From contig CP070695.1 in NCBI GenBank assembly GCA_020353515.1, positions 1,999,814 to 2,063,813 on the forward strand: a DNA stretch of 64,000 nucleotides, given 5' to 3'. Positions 19,719 through 29,603 of this stretch are shown here, piece by piece. This DNA comes from Candidatus Heimdallarchaeota archaeon (GTDB taxonomy: Archaea; Asgardarchaeota; Heimdallarchaeia; Hodarchaeales; Hodarchaeaceae). How positions within the stretch are numbered: the first letter of the stretch is position 1; the number at the start of each line of letters is the position of its first letter. The notes under the pieces are model-generated. The model did not search any database. It was not told where the DNA came from and saw only the letters and a list, made by a program, of their open reading frames with translations. The position numbers were made by a program, and so were the translations under genes.

Positions 19719-21938
19719 TTGTCTTTTTTTGATAGGTGGATGAAATCTAAAAGGAAGTATTTTATGCCAACAGACGATCGTGATATTACGTACGGATATT
19801 CTAACATAAGTCCTAAGGATGATGTAGTTGCTGGTAGCTACGGTACTTGGATATTAACATTCACAGTTGGAACGCATGGAATAGATGATGGAGGTCATAT
19901 CAAAATCGCTTGGAGGGATGTATCTAACTGGGGAAGACCTCAATTTCAGAATCCAGGAGATTTTAATTTTTGTACAGTTAATACAACTGGAAAGGCCGAA
20001 TTGGATGTTCGCTTCGAGAGAAGAGGTTATATACGTCCTTGGAGGCCATGCTTGATTATTACCATTTTCGATGGATTTCTTACGGAAGGTGACACTGTTA
20101 CCATCATTTATGGCGACACAGGTGAAGAAGGGGGTGGATCTAAGTCCCAGACATTTGTCGAAGATAGTTTTGAATTTCGAGTACTTGTTGATCCTTTTGG
20201 AACTGGTCAGTATACAATAGTGCCTAATCCTCCAGTTCTTAAAGTGATTGCAGGTGAACCAGAAGTTTTAAGGGTGATTGCTCCTTCAGAAACGGTAATT
20301 GGTATTTCTACATGGCTTTCAGTGAGAATAGAAGATATATGGGGGAACCCCACATCTCAATACGAAGGGACAGTTGTGATTTCTTCAAATGATTCAAATG
20401 CTCTCCTCCCACCCCCTTATACATACACACCTGAAGATGGAGGTACTCATCGCTTTGAGAATCTCACATTTCAGACTCCTGGATTAAATTATATAACTGC
20501 CCAGGATGTTAAGAATGAAGAACTCCATAGTACTAGTAATCCGATGTTAACACATGAAAATCAATTGAAAATGAGACTCTACTGGGGAGATTTACATGGC
20601 CAAACAGAAGAAACTATTGGCACTGGAACGGTTGTCCAGTATTTTCGTTTTGCTAGGGATGCCGCACTAGATTTCGTGTCCCATGTGGGTAACGATTTTC
20701 AAATTACTAAAGATCATTACAAAGATACACAAAGAATTGTCAAAGAATTTCACAAACCAGGAAAGTTCATTACGTTTTTAGGGTATGAATGGTCTGGAAA
20801 TTCCCCAGCAGGAGGAGATCATAATGTCTATTTCCTAAAAGATGATCAACCTATTCATCGTAGCAGTCATACTCAAGTCCAGGATAAATCGGATGAAGAA
20901 ACTGATCGATATCCTATTTCACGTTTATTAGAAACTTTTCATGGGAGAGATGATGTCATGATTATTCCACATGTTGGTGGACGTCATGCCATTTTAGATT
21001 ATCATGATCCAGGATTAACTCCATTTATTGAAATTTGTTCAGTACATGGACATTTTGAATGGTTTGTTCGAGAAGCAATGGAAAAAGGGCTTAAAATTGG
21101 GTTTATAGGGGGAAGTGATGATCATACATGCCGTCCAGGAGGAGCACACCCTACTTCTATGGTTGAAGCTGTAAGAGGAGGATTGATGGGTGTTTATGCT
21201 TGTGAATTGACCCGAGATTCCTTGTGGGATGCCTTCCGTAAACGACACGTCTTCGCTACTACTGGTACAAGGATTGTTCTACGTGTGACGTGCGGTGATG
21301 CGATGATGGGAGACGAGATCACTTTAAATCAATCACCAACATTTTTTGTGGAAATTTACGGAACTACTGGCTTAGAAAGTGTAGAAATTGTACGGGATCT
21401 GGATGTCATCCACAATCATCAATTAATCCAATACGATTTGACATCTAATACAATAAAATTTGTGTGGAGTGGGGCTAGAGTAACCACAAGACGGAGAAAC
21501 ACCGATTGGAGTGGTGAGATTACTATTGACAAGGGAAGGATAATATCAGCAGAAGAGTTCGCTTTCGATCTTTCTTGGCAGGGTATTACTGAACTAACCG
21601 AACAAAGAGTTTGTTGGTCCTCAACAACTTCGGGGGATCTTGATGGAATTATAATGACTCTAGAAGCCCCTGATGATGCAAGGATATCTTTCGACACGGA
21701 AATCGTCCAAACTTCCTTTCAGCTAAGTCAGTTAAAAGAGTCTTTAATTCTAGAAGCAGGTGGAATTGAACAGAAGTTGGAAATATCACGCGTTTCAGGT
21801 AAAAAACCTCCAATAAGCGTGAAATTTGAATATACTGATCACAATATTAAATCAGGTAGAAGTGCTTATTATGTTAAGGTTCTTCAGATTGATGGAGAAA
21901 AGGCCTGGTCCAGTCCTATATTTATAAATTATGTATAA
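19719..21938 (+). CDS. DUF3604 (PHP-like) domain protein
   Basis: YWGDLHGQT, GYEWSG, GGDHNV, IPHVGG, GGSDDH, YYVKV.Q.DGE.AWSSP. Confidence 0.8.
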   Translation: MSFFDRWMKSKRKYFMPTDDRDITYGYSNISPKDDVVAGSYGTWILTFTVGTHGIDDGGHIKIAWRDVSNWGRPQFQNPGDFNFCTVNTTGKAELDVRFERRGYIRPWRPCLIITIFDGFLTEGDTVTIIYGDTGEEGGGSKSQTFVEDSFEFRVLVDPFGTGQYTIVPNPPVLKVIAGEPEVLRVIAPSETVIGISTWLSVRIEDIWGNPTSQYEGTVVISSNDSNALLPPPYTYTPEDGGTHRFENLTFQTPGLNYITAQDVKNEELHSTSNPMLTHENQLKMRLYWGDLHGQTEETIGTGTVVQYFRFARDAALDFVSHVGNDFQITKDHYKDTQRIVKEFHKPGKFITFLGYEWSGNSPAGGDHNVYFLKDDQPIHRSSHTQVQDKSDEETDRYPISRLLETFHGRDDVMIIPHVGGRHAILDYHDPGLTPFIEICSVHGHFEWFVREAMEKGLKIGFIGGSDDHTCRPGGAHPTSMVEAVRGGLMGVYACELTRDSLWDAFRKRHVFATTGTRIVLRVTCGDAMMGDEITLNQSPTFFVEIYGTTGLESVEIVRDLDVIHNHQLIQYDLTSNTIKFVWSGARVTTRRRNTDWSGEITIDKGRIISAEEFAFDLSWQGITELTEQRVCWSSTTSGDLDGIIMTLEAPDDARISFDTEIVQTSFQLSQLKESLILEAGGIEQKLEISRVSGKKPPISVKFEYTDHNIKSGRSAYYVKVLQIDGEKAWSSPIFINYV

Positions 21939-22030
21939 AAGAAAGTAGAGTTATGAATTCGTTTATCATATCATAAGTAAAGCATAGAACTCTTAAGTTG
22001 GGTTTAATCAATTCTCAAATGTGATTAATC

Positions 22031-22378
22031 ATGCAGATTATTGAGCACTACAGTTTCGGGGATATTAAGATTAATGGAAAATCTTTCTCAAATGATGTAA
22101 TTATTTTTCCAGAAGAAGTACTTCCTTCTTGGTGGCGCAAAGAGGGGCACAATCTCCATATGGAAGATTTACACGAGGTTATTAACCGAAAACCCGAATT
22201 CTTTATTGTTGGAACAGGATATAATGGAGTTATGAGAGTACCTAAGAATCTTATCGTCCAATTAGAGGAATTGGGAATAAAGATAACTGTAATGAAAAGT
22301 GTAGACGCGGTCAAAGAGTACAATAAACTTGTTAAGGAAGGTAAAAGAGTGGCTGCTGGTTTGCATTTAACCTGTTAG
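22031..22378 (+). CDS. Mth938-like (DUF498) protein
   Basis: YSFG.I.ING, WWRKEGH, VGTG, LHLTC C-terminus. Confidence 0.9.
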   Translation: MQIIEHYSFGDIKINGKSFSNDVIIFPEEVLPSWWRKEGHNLHMEDLHEVINRKPEFFIVGTGYNGVMRVPKNLIVQLEELGIKITVMKSVDAVKEYNKLVKEGKRVAAGLHLTC

Positions 22379-22380
22379 CA

Positions 22381-22536
22381 TCACTTTTTCTTATAAAGAA
22401 AAGCAACGTATACATGACGTCCATCAGATCTTGTACCTTCAGAACAATTAACAATTTTAAATCCTCTTTCAACGGCACTATTAACATCCTGTTCGAAATC
22501 TAGCAAAATTTCATGTTCTAGAACTACGAATACCAT
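22381..22536 (-). CDS. Unannotated 51-aa small protein
   Basis: AAGGAGAA RBS, then MVFVVLEHEILLDFEQDVNSAVERGFKIVNCSEGTRSDGRHVYVAFLYKKK*; fills the gap convergent to the Mth938-like gene. Confidence 0.6.
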   Translation of the reverse strand: MVFVVLEHEILLDFEQDVNSAVERGFKIVNCSEGTRSDGRHVYVAFLYKKK

Positions 22537-22615
22537 AAAAAAATTCTCCTTTATTTGTTTGTGACCTCTTCACTTTGAAAATATTAATCTTGGCCTTGAA
22601 TCTGAGTTATATTAA

Positions 22616-23253
22616 CTAGACCGCCTTTTTCCTCCGATTTAATATAAGAAATATAATTACGTTCAAGGTGACTAAAAATATTTCAAAACTCGCAGTGGAA
22701 GAAGTCACCGATTCTGTGCTTGAAAATAAATGCAAGGATGAAAAAGAGGTATTTCTAAGACTAGTACTTGAGAATCCCATTTTTACGATTTTCAATCCCT
22801 CATCTTGATCTGCAATGAAAATCAAATCGTTTTGGATAAAGGATTTGTAAACTTTCCCGCTATCTTGGGATCACCACAATTGATGATTGTCAATCCTCCT
22901 GCTCCATCACCAATATAGACGATAATGTTTTCCTGAATATCGACAAACATTTGGTGAGCAGATGCCTTTGAATGCCCAGTATTGATTACAGCAGGGGATT
23001 CAGGAATGTGTGATAACAAGATAGGATTGGAGGGGGTGCTAACATTAAAAATTCGAAACCCAGAATACCCGTAAGTAACATATGCAAGATTGCAATCTTC
23101 ATCAACCCAAACATCATAAGTATCCCCTCCAGTCCAAGTTTCACTTATTTTCGTGAATTCGATTTGGTCTTTTATTAAGGAACCTCCTGATTTAAAGGCA
23201 GTTATGCTTAAAATAAAAACAATTATTAAAATAAGGTTTCTAGTTCTTTTCAT
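22616..23253 (-). pseudogene. LVIVD-repeat surface protein with internal deletion and frameshift
   Basis: Signal peptide plus about 2 repeats (...LTIINCGDP), frame change near 22865 to DSGKVYKSFIQNDLIFIADQDEGLKIV, S/T linker, TM and RRKK tail. Confidence 0.75.
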
Positions 23254-23355
23254 TATAATTTCCAAGTTACTCGGTTAGGGTTACTTGATAACCACTTACT
23301 TTAAGGGCATTAAATCCAATAAATACGATAATAAAAGTAGAAATGAAAGTTTTTT

Positions 23356-24489
23356 TCATTTTCGTAGCCTTCGGTCGAATAGAAATCCTATAAAAATGAA
23401 GACACCTATAAACAGATTAAAACCCTTTAACGAAGTTGAAGTACTAGTCTGGGAGCTACTTTTATTAGATAAGGAAGAAATAGAATCAAGATTTTCAATT
23501 TGAATGATTTCTAAGCCGTCCTGAAAATCAGCAACAAAAATAAGATTGTTGCTAACAGCTAGATTATAGGATTGTCCTCCATCAGTGTATTGAGCTAGCA
23601 GTTCTATTTTTTCTGGGTTGGTTATATCTAAAATCTGTACACCTGCTTCCCATGAGGAGACATAAGCAATTAACTGATTGCTTTGTTGTTCAATTACGAA
23701 TCCATACGAAACACCAATATCTTTATCTCCAAGTTGGACAATATTTGAAAGATCACTAATATCAAAAATCATTATTCCATGTTCAGTTGTCGTGTATAGG
23801 AGGTTATTAAGGACAAAAAAATCCTGATAAGTTACTGTAACATGGAAATGAAATATTTCAAGGCATCCATCATCAGTGATATTAAGGATCTTAAATCCAT
23901 TACGGGCTTCAGAGATGAATACCAGATTATTAAACGAATATACCCTAATAACTCGGTGATTTTCATAAAAACTTCCGATTTTAACAGGATTATGGATATC
24001 AGAACAATTGATTATTTCTAAACCAATACTTTGCGATGCTAAGAACGCAAGATCACCAGATTTATGTATATCAGTTGATCCAGCTGCAGCATTTGCTGTA
24101 TAATCTCCAATGATAGTAAGATTCGTAGGGTCTGAAATATCAACAATCTCTAACCCATCTTCATAATCTGCTACATAGGCATATCCATTATCAATAATTA
24201 AAGCGTGTACAAAGATATACGTATCGGTACAGCGGCCTAATCTATATGGTGATGTCGGATCACTAATATTATATGTTGCTAATCCATAATCTGCTTGTAA
24301 TACGTATAAAGTGTCACCTTTAACCTTTACATCACACGTTCGTGCATATACAATTGAGCTAATTTCTGTCAGAGTTAACTGCTCTTCATTAGCAACAACT
24401 GTATCCATTGATCCAGAAAGAATGATAAGAAAAACTATTATTGAAATCGTAACCAATTGTGCCTTATTAACAATAATCATCTTTATCAC
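23356..24489 (-). CDS. LVIVD-repeat beta-propeller surface protein with C-terminal TM anchor
   Basis: Repeats YVADYEDGLEIVDISDP etc.; S/T linker, KGF-hydrophobic-RRLRK tail. Confidence 0.85.
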   Translation of the reverse strand: MIKMIIVNKAQLVTISIIVFLIILSGSMDTVVANEEQLTLTEISSIVYARTCDVKVKGDTLYVLQADYGLATYNISDPTSPYRLGRCTDTYIFVHALIIDNGYAYVADYEDGLEIVDISDPTNLTIIGDYTANAAAGSTDIHKSGDLAFLASQSIGLEIINCSDIHNPVKIGSFYENHRVIRVYSFNNLVFISEARNGFKILNITDDGCLEIFHFHVTVTYQDFFVLNNLLYTTTEHGIMIFDISDLSNIVQLGDKDIGVSYGFVIEQQSNQLIAYVSSWEAGVQILDITNPEKIELLAQYTDGGQSYNLAVSNNLIFVADFQDGLEIIQIENLDSISSLSNKSSSQTSTSTSLKGFNLFIGVFIFIGFLFDRRLRK

Positions 24490-24523
24490 TTATTAATCTT
24501 CAAAGTTTCCTTCCCTAATAAAA

Positions 24524-24751
24524 TTAGGCATTAATGGTATAATAACAACGACGTGCATCTCGTATATCAGGGATTTGAACGATCAAATGAGCGTTCATTA
24601 AATGACGAAGAGCGTATCGAATTGTCCTAATTGAATATCGTGTTTGTGATACAATCTGTTGTGTTGTTAACTTTTCTCGTGTACGTAAAACCTGATAGAC
24701 TATTTGAGCCGAAGGGGACATAATATTCAATAAATCAATATCATTTATCAT
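24524..24751 (-). CDS. Small winged-HTH protein
   Basis: SAQIVYQVL...LTTQQI...SIRTIRYAL..L....LI...D.RDARR. Confidence 0.75.
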   Translation of the reverse strand: MINDIDLLNIMSPSAQIVYQVLRTREKLTTQQIVSQTRYSIRTIRYALRHLMNAHLIVQIPDIRDARRCYYTINA

Positions 24752-24799
24752 AGTAAACCCATTGCCATATCTCTAAGATTGTATTGTATTATTGCTATG

Positions 24800-24825
24800 A
24801 ACTATAACTTTATAAAGCTATAGTT
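24800..24825. promoter_or_regulatory. 26-bp near-perfect palindrome centred on TTTATAAA between divergent HTH genes
   Basis: AACTATAACTTTATAAAGCTATAGTT; one mismatched pair. Confidence 0.6.
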
Positions 24826-24897
24826 TAGCGCAAAACATATATATTGACTAGTGCAGTATCAACTTAGAAAAGATTAAGAAACTATATTGAAACCTCT

Positions 24898-25551
24898 ATG
24901 AAGGAGTATATGATGAGTTCACAGCCGAGTCCTCTTCCGTTGCGAATATTCAGAGTTCTCCAAGATGAAACTCGTCTAGCTATCTTTATTTGTTTAATAA
25001 TTTATCAGAAATTGACTGTAAAACAACTAGCTGATTTTCTTCACAAAGGGAAAACAACAATTAGCCACCATCTGCGAAAAATGGATGAAGCGGGAATTGT
25101 TAATTGGGAAGAGAGAGAAGAAGATAAGAAGAAATTAAAAACCCGTTTTTTCTTTCTCAATTACGAAATCATTGAAAAGCGAAAAGATTGGACTCAAGAA
25201 GAGATCGATTTGAATAGATTACCTGAAGAAGAAAAGCTGGTAATGAAGGCGTCATTATTCGATTCAATGAAAACAGAGGCTTTAGTTACTTCAAATATTA
25301 TGGAATGGATGATTAAATATTCCGAGGCTTTGCGTGATACAACTGATCTGTCTTCTCTAGATAAACACAGTCAATCATTTATTAGGACTTTTTCGCTTAC
25401 TCCTGAAACACTCCCGATCTATCAAGAGGCCATACAGAAAATTGAAGAAACACTCAAAAATAGCACTGTTCCTGTTACGCATATTAGTTCCCACGTTTTA
25501 ATTCCAATTAAGGATATTTTGGAATGGAAACAAAAACAAAAAATTGAATAA
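24898..25551 (+). CDS. ArsR-family transcriptional regulator
   Basis: FRVLQDETRLAI...TVKQLA...KTTISHHL.KM..AGIV. Confidence 0.85.
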   Translation: MKEYMMSSQPSPLPLRIFRVLQDETRLAIFICLIIYQKLTVKQLADFLHKGKTTISHHLRKMDEAGIVNWEEREEDKKKLKTRFFFLNYEIIEKRKDWTQEEIDLNRLPEEEKLVMKASLFDSMKTEALVTSNIMEWMIKYSEALRDTTDLSSLDKHSQSFIRTFSLTPETLPIYQEAIQKIEETLKNSTVPVTHISSHVLIPIKDILEWKQKQKIE

Positions 25552-25573
25552 AAATTTATAGCTGGAGAATCAC

Positions 25574-26677
25574 ATGAGAAAGTTTAGTATTAGTGAGATT
25601 GAAGACAGTTATCTTAATTTCTTCACTCCAGCGGTTCTTATAGCAGCAGGAATATTTCTTCTCTATTTATTTAACTGGCCACTATCTTTTCTCCATGTTA
25701 TTTTGAGCGAATCAGATGTAAATATCGATTTTATTTTACTGGACGCGATTATCGCCAATCTTACAGGGATTGGAATCTGTTTTGTTACTTATTTCATATT
25801 CATTCCCCGTTTAAAAGTCCAAGACGCAAAATATGAAGATCTAAATACCAATAGTTTAGCAATAGTATGTGGGGTATTTCTTGTTATCCTCTGTTTAAGA
25901 ATCATAATTACTTTTACATTTGAAACTTTGGGTAGTACCATTTATTTAGTTCGTCCTTGGTTTCTATATTCATATAATCTCCTATTAGATCCCGTTATTC
26001 GTGTATTATTCCTATCTTATCAGTTTATCATAGTTCCCATCTATGCTGAGCTACTTTATCGAAGAACAATCATTCCATTGCTAGAAGATCGTGGTTTATC
26101 TCCCCTACTTTCTGTAGTTTTCTCGAGTTTAGGATTTTGTCTGTTATTTTTACCAGAATATATCCAAACTTCAAATTATCCAGGTACATTTTATTGGTTC
26201 ATATCGACGTTTTTATTTGGATTAGCTACAGGATTGATCTATATACTTACTCGCAATATTCTGCTTTCAATTCTATATGCAATAATCTATTACGCCTATC
26301 GTTTTAGTGGAGAGATTGGAAGGTCTCTCCACGATGAACTCTTATTAACAATACATTTTCTTCTTAGCATAATCATCTTAATAGGTGGATTACTTGTAAT
26401 TGTATATGTCATTTGGAATTTATTCCAGAAAAAATCGACAACAATGTGGGTAAACGTTATTCAGACACCCTCAGCGCCAAAAATTACTCGTGGACTGATA
26501 GGGTACTTGGTAATTTCTGTAGTGCTAGTAAGTATTCAAATTATAGTATCTAACCTTGTCAATGAAGTTTTTTCCTCCGACATACTACTGATATTTGCAG
26601 CTAACACACTCTTTTATCTAATTGCTTTTTCTATCCCATTCTGGTTGAGTATAACCTCCGAGTATGCCCAATACTAG
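25574..26677 (+). CDS. CPBP (Abi/CAAX) family membrane protein with degenerate catalytic motifs
   Basis: PIYAELLYR, SSLGFCLLF, G.IY..TRNI..SILY correspond to the EExxxR, FxxxH and HxxxN positions. Confidence 0.7.
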   Translation: MRKFSISEIEDSYLNFFTPAVLIAAGIFLLYLFNWPLSFLHVILSESDVNIDFILLDAIIANLTGIGICFVTYFIFIPRLKVQDAKYEDLNTNSLAIVCGVFLVILCLRIIITFTFETLGSTIYLVRPWFLYSYNLLLDPVIRVLFLSYQFIIVPIYAELLYRRTIIPLLEDRGLSPLLSVVFSSLGFCLLFLPEYIQTSNYPGTFYWFISTFLFGLATGLIYILTRNILLSILYAIIYYAYRFSGEIGRSLHDELLLTIHFLLSIIILIGGLLVIVYVIWNLFQKKSTTMWVNVIQTPSAPKITRGLIGYLVISVVLVSIQIIVSNLVNEVFSSDILLIFAANTLFYLIAFSIPFWLSITSEYAQY

Positions 26678-26782
26678 ATTTGATAATGTCATTTTTATGA
26701 GAAAAATGTCAATAAATTTAAAATCAACTCTGATAGGGATAGATTATTGATATTTTCATAACTTACTAAATGTCAGAGAGTA

Positions 26783-28465
26783 TTGAAATTGGATCGTAAA
26801 TTGTTAATTATCCCTATTATTATTGGTGTATTAATTTCTGGAGTTTTTCTTCTTATTATTCTTTCTGATCTCTTGACAGAAGAACCAGTCGAAGAAATCA
26901 AAATACCTTCAAAAATAACACGGGGACCCTTCCTTTCAATGGTAACCCAGAATTCCATCTATGTATCGTGGTGGACTGATGAACCAGGAAATAGTACTGT
27001 TCGATACGGAACGGATCTGTTAATGGATGTATCTGTCTTTAATGGCACTGATGTTGAAAAACACGAGATTAAGCTAGATAATTTAATTTTTAATTCGTCT
27101 TATTTCTACCAAGTGCAAACTGCTAATTTTTCGAGTGAGATTTATACTTTCAAAACTGCGCCAGGATTTAGTGTACCTGTGAAATTTATATTCCATGGAG
27201 ACAATCGTGGCGAATTTTATACTACTGAAATCCCGGAGAAATTTAAACAGATCCTAAAGAACATGAACGCTTCACAACCAGATCTCGTGTTTGCAGTGGG
27301 AGATCTAATAGCAAATGATGGTATATATGAAAAGGACTTCAAATTTCTACAAAAACAATGGGATACTTATTTTAAGGTAATTAATAATTACACACACGAA
27401 ATTCCTTGGATATATGCAATTGGTAATCATGATGCTCCCCTAAACCATAATGAGAGCTCATTTACAGATGTAGTTGTACAACCAAAAACTCCCGACAAAC
27501 TAGAACGTTATTTTTCATTTGATTATGGACCAGTTCATTTTATTATATTAGATACAGAACGAAACGGAGGAAATACCTATGAGATAGTAGGAGAACAATG
27601 GAACTGGTTAGTGGAAGACTTATCATCTCCAAGGCAAGCAATACATACACTTATTATAATGCATAAACCTCTAACTTCCCCTTATGTACCTCCTTATTGG
27701 ACTAATCAACGAGGATTGTTTGCTCGTGAGGAAACAGGGGCTCTATTTCAAGAACTCTGTGAAAATTACTCTGTTACTGCGATAATATGTTCTCATGATC
27801 ATATGTATCACCGTGATCAAATAGGTAGTCATAATTTAACTCAAATTGTTACTGCTGGAGCAGGAGCTCCATTATACGTTTCTTATGAAAATTTGGGTGG
27901 TTTTCATCATCATACAGAGCTTGAAATCAACTGGAAAGATATTCAAGTCAAATTAGTCAAAGATAATGGAACAGTAATGGAAGATTTCATGTTAGAAACT
28001 CCTTATGATTTAGATTTTCCCAATAAACCGAAAATCTCTGGGATTACTTTTTCTTCCCTAGATTGTAATACTGGAAATACTATTGATATTGAGGCTACAA
28101 TAGAAGGAATGTCACTGGATGCGAAACTTTACTACAGTTTTGATGGTTTAAATTGGTACAATCAAACACTAACTCCATTGGGTCAAAATTATTCAGGTAG
28201 TATTGAATGTACAGAAGCCACTGAGATTGGACAATTCTACGTTGACATAAAAGATGATACAAATAATAGAACTGTTTCAGATCTCTATTCTTTCATCGTG
28301 GACGGGTCAACTCTTCCAAAAGAAATTGAAACCGCGACTAGTCAATATTTAATCCCTCAAATTCCAGTAGATTCAGGAGAGAAAACCACTTATACAAATT
28401 ATGAAACAAAAATGTATGTAGATTCATTAATATTAATAGAACTCATAATAAAAAGAGGTTATTGA
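26783..28465 (+). CDS. Purple acid phosphatase-like metallophosphoesterase with FN3 domain, membrane-anchored
   Basis: N-terminal TM; RGPFL/FN3; GDNR, GDL, GNHD, MHKP and SHDH motifs. Confidence 0.85.
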   Translation: MKLDRKLLIIPIIIGVLISGVFLLIILSDLLTEEPVEEIKIPSKITRGPFLSMVTQNSIYVSWWTDEPGNSTVRYGTDLLMDVSVFNGTDVEKHEIKLDNLIFNSSYFYQVQTANFSSEIYTFKTAPGFSVPVKFIFHGDNRGEFYTTEIPEKFKQILKNMNASQPDLVFAVGDLIANDGIYEKDFKFLQKQWDTYFKVINNYTHEIPWIYAIGNHDAPLNHNESSFTDVVVQPKTPDKLERYFSFDYGPVHFIILDTERNGGNTYEIVGEQWNWLVEDLSSPRQAIHTLIIMHKPLTSPYVPPYWTNQRGLFAREETGALFQELCENYSVTAIICSHDHMYHRDQIGSHNLTQIVTAGAGAPLYVSYENLGGFHHHTELEINWKDIQVKLVKDNGTVMEDFMLETPYDLDFPNKPKISGITFSSLDCNTGNTIDIEATIEGMSLDAKLYYSFDGLNWYNQTLTPLGQNYSGSIECTEATEIGQFYVDIKDDTNNRTVSDLYSFIVDGSTLPKEIETATSQYLIPQIPVDSGEKTTYTNYETKMYVDSLILIELIIKRGY

Positions 28466-28484
28466 AAAAAAGGAAGGAAAGGAT

Positions 28485-29417
28485 TCATTCATCTAATCCG
28501 AATCCAATTCCTGTGACTACTTTATTGGGATTATATTCTTCTAAGATCGTAGAGAATTCAGTGTCTCGGTCACCAATAAAGACACCAAGTGGTTTCTCAG
28601 TTCCATAATTATTTGAAACACATACTTTCGCGATATCATGGATCAAGGGTTTGTAGGCTTGTTCATTTTCAGCTCGAAATGCGTGAAAGCGGAGAATAAG
28701 TCGTTCTTCATCATCTCCAGGAGCTTTAAAGACAAGTGGGGCTGAAGCCATAACTAGAGTATCATCTTTAAATACTAGGACTGCTTTATTACCTTTTTCC
28801 TCGCCATCTTTTAGTACTCGATCTTTAAAGTAATCTATGATGTCTTTATCAGATCCAAACTGACCAACATATCGTCCATCTGCCTTGATCAGATCAACAA
28901 GTAAATCCACATCACCAGGAGTAGCTAATCGAGTTGAAAACTCTTTTCCAGTATATTCTGACTTATTTACTTCATTTACATCAATTTCATACCGATATCC
29001 TCTAGTTTTTTCAACCAATCCTTTTCCTTTGAAGAAATCCACAATATTCTTGTCGTCGACAGAGGCATTCATTCGGATAGCATATTTTTTTGCTAGTTCT
29101 CGTTTCTTAATATAATCCAACATTTCGTCAAATAATTTATCCTGTACTTCCTGCGGGCAGTTTGTAAGAGCCCATGGATACCCTAAATGTGTTTCCTCTA
29201 CAGTTTCATAATCTCGTGCTTGAATATATGCTAGTATGTTTCCTTCCTCATCAAGAGCATATTTCACGGTTTTGGGATCAATTTTTTCACGTTCATAACG
29301 TTCAACGATTTGTTGAGCTGTCACAGGTTGAGAGCGAGGATTATTTTCATTGTAGACTTTAGCTTGAAGCTCTTCAAGGTTCTTCTTTGGTTCCCAATTA
29401 CGGTAAACTACTTTCAT
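28485..29417 (-). CDS. Tandem GNAT-like fold protein
   Basis: Two GNAT-like halves (AYI...LGYPW...FF..KG; RLATPGD). Confidence 0.5.
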   Translation of the reverse strand: MKVVYRNWEPKKNLEELQAKVYNENNPRSQPVTAQQIVERYEREKIDPKTVKYALDEEGNILAYIQARDYETVEETHLGYPWALTNCPQEVQDKLFDEMLDYIKKRELAKKYAIRMNASVDDKNIVDFFKGKGLVEKTRGYRYEIDVNEVNKSEYTGKEFSTRLATPGDVDLLVDLIKADGRYVGQFGSDKDIIDYFKDRVLKDGEEKGNKAVLVFKDDTLVMASAPLVFKAPGDDEERLILRFHAFRAENEQAYKPLIHDIAKVCVSNNYGTEKPLGVFIGDRDTEFSTILEEYNPNKVVTGIGFGLDE

Positions 29418-29603
29418 TACTGATCACTCCGTTAGAATTAACCTAAGAAACTTTTAATGTTTCTCATTTTTCCGAGAATATGATCTCATACAGTTAAGAA
29501 CTATTAATAAGTTATTATCTAGGCAAAATTGGCTGCGACATTAATTTAACTAGGATAGCAAAAATTAATTCTCAGACAAAATATCAGGAAATCGTGGGTA
29601 AAA

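Noticed and set aside
3435-29526. TATCTAGGCAA shared by two divergent intergenic regions (3435 and 29516)
   Set aside because: An 11-mer match is expected by chance in 64 kb of AT-rich DNA
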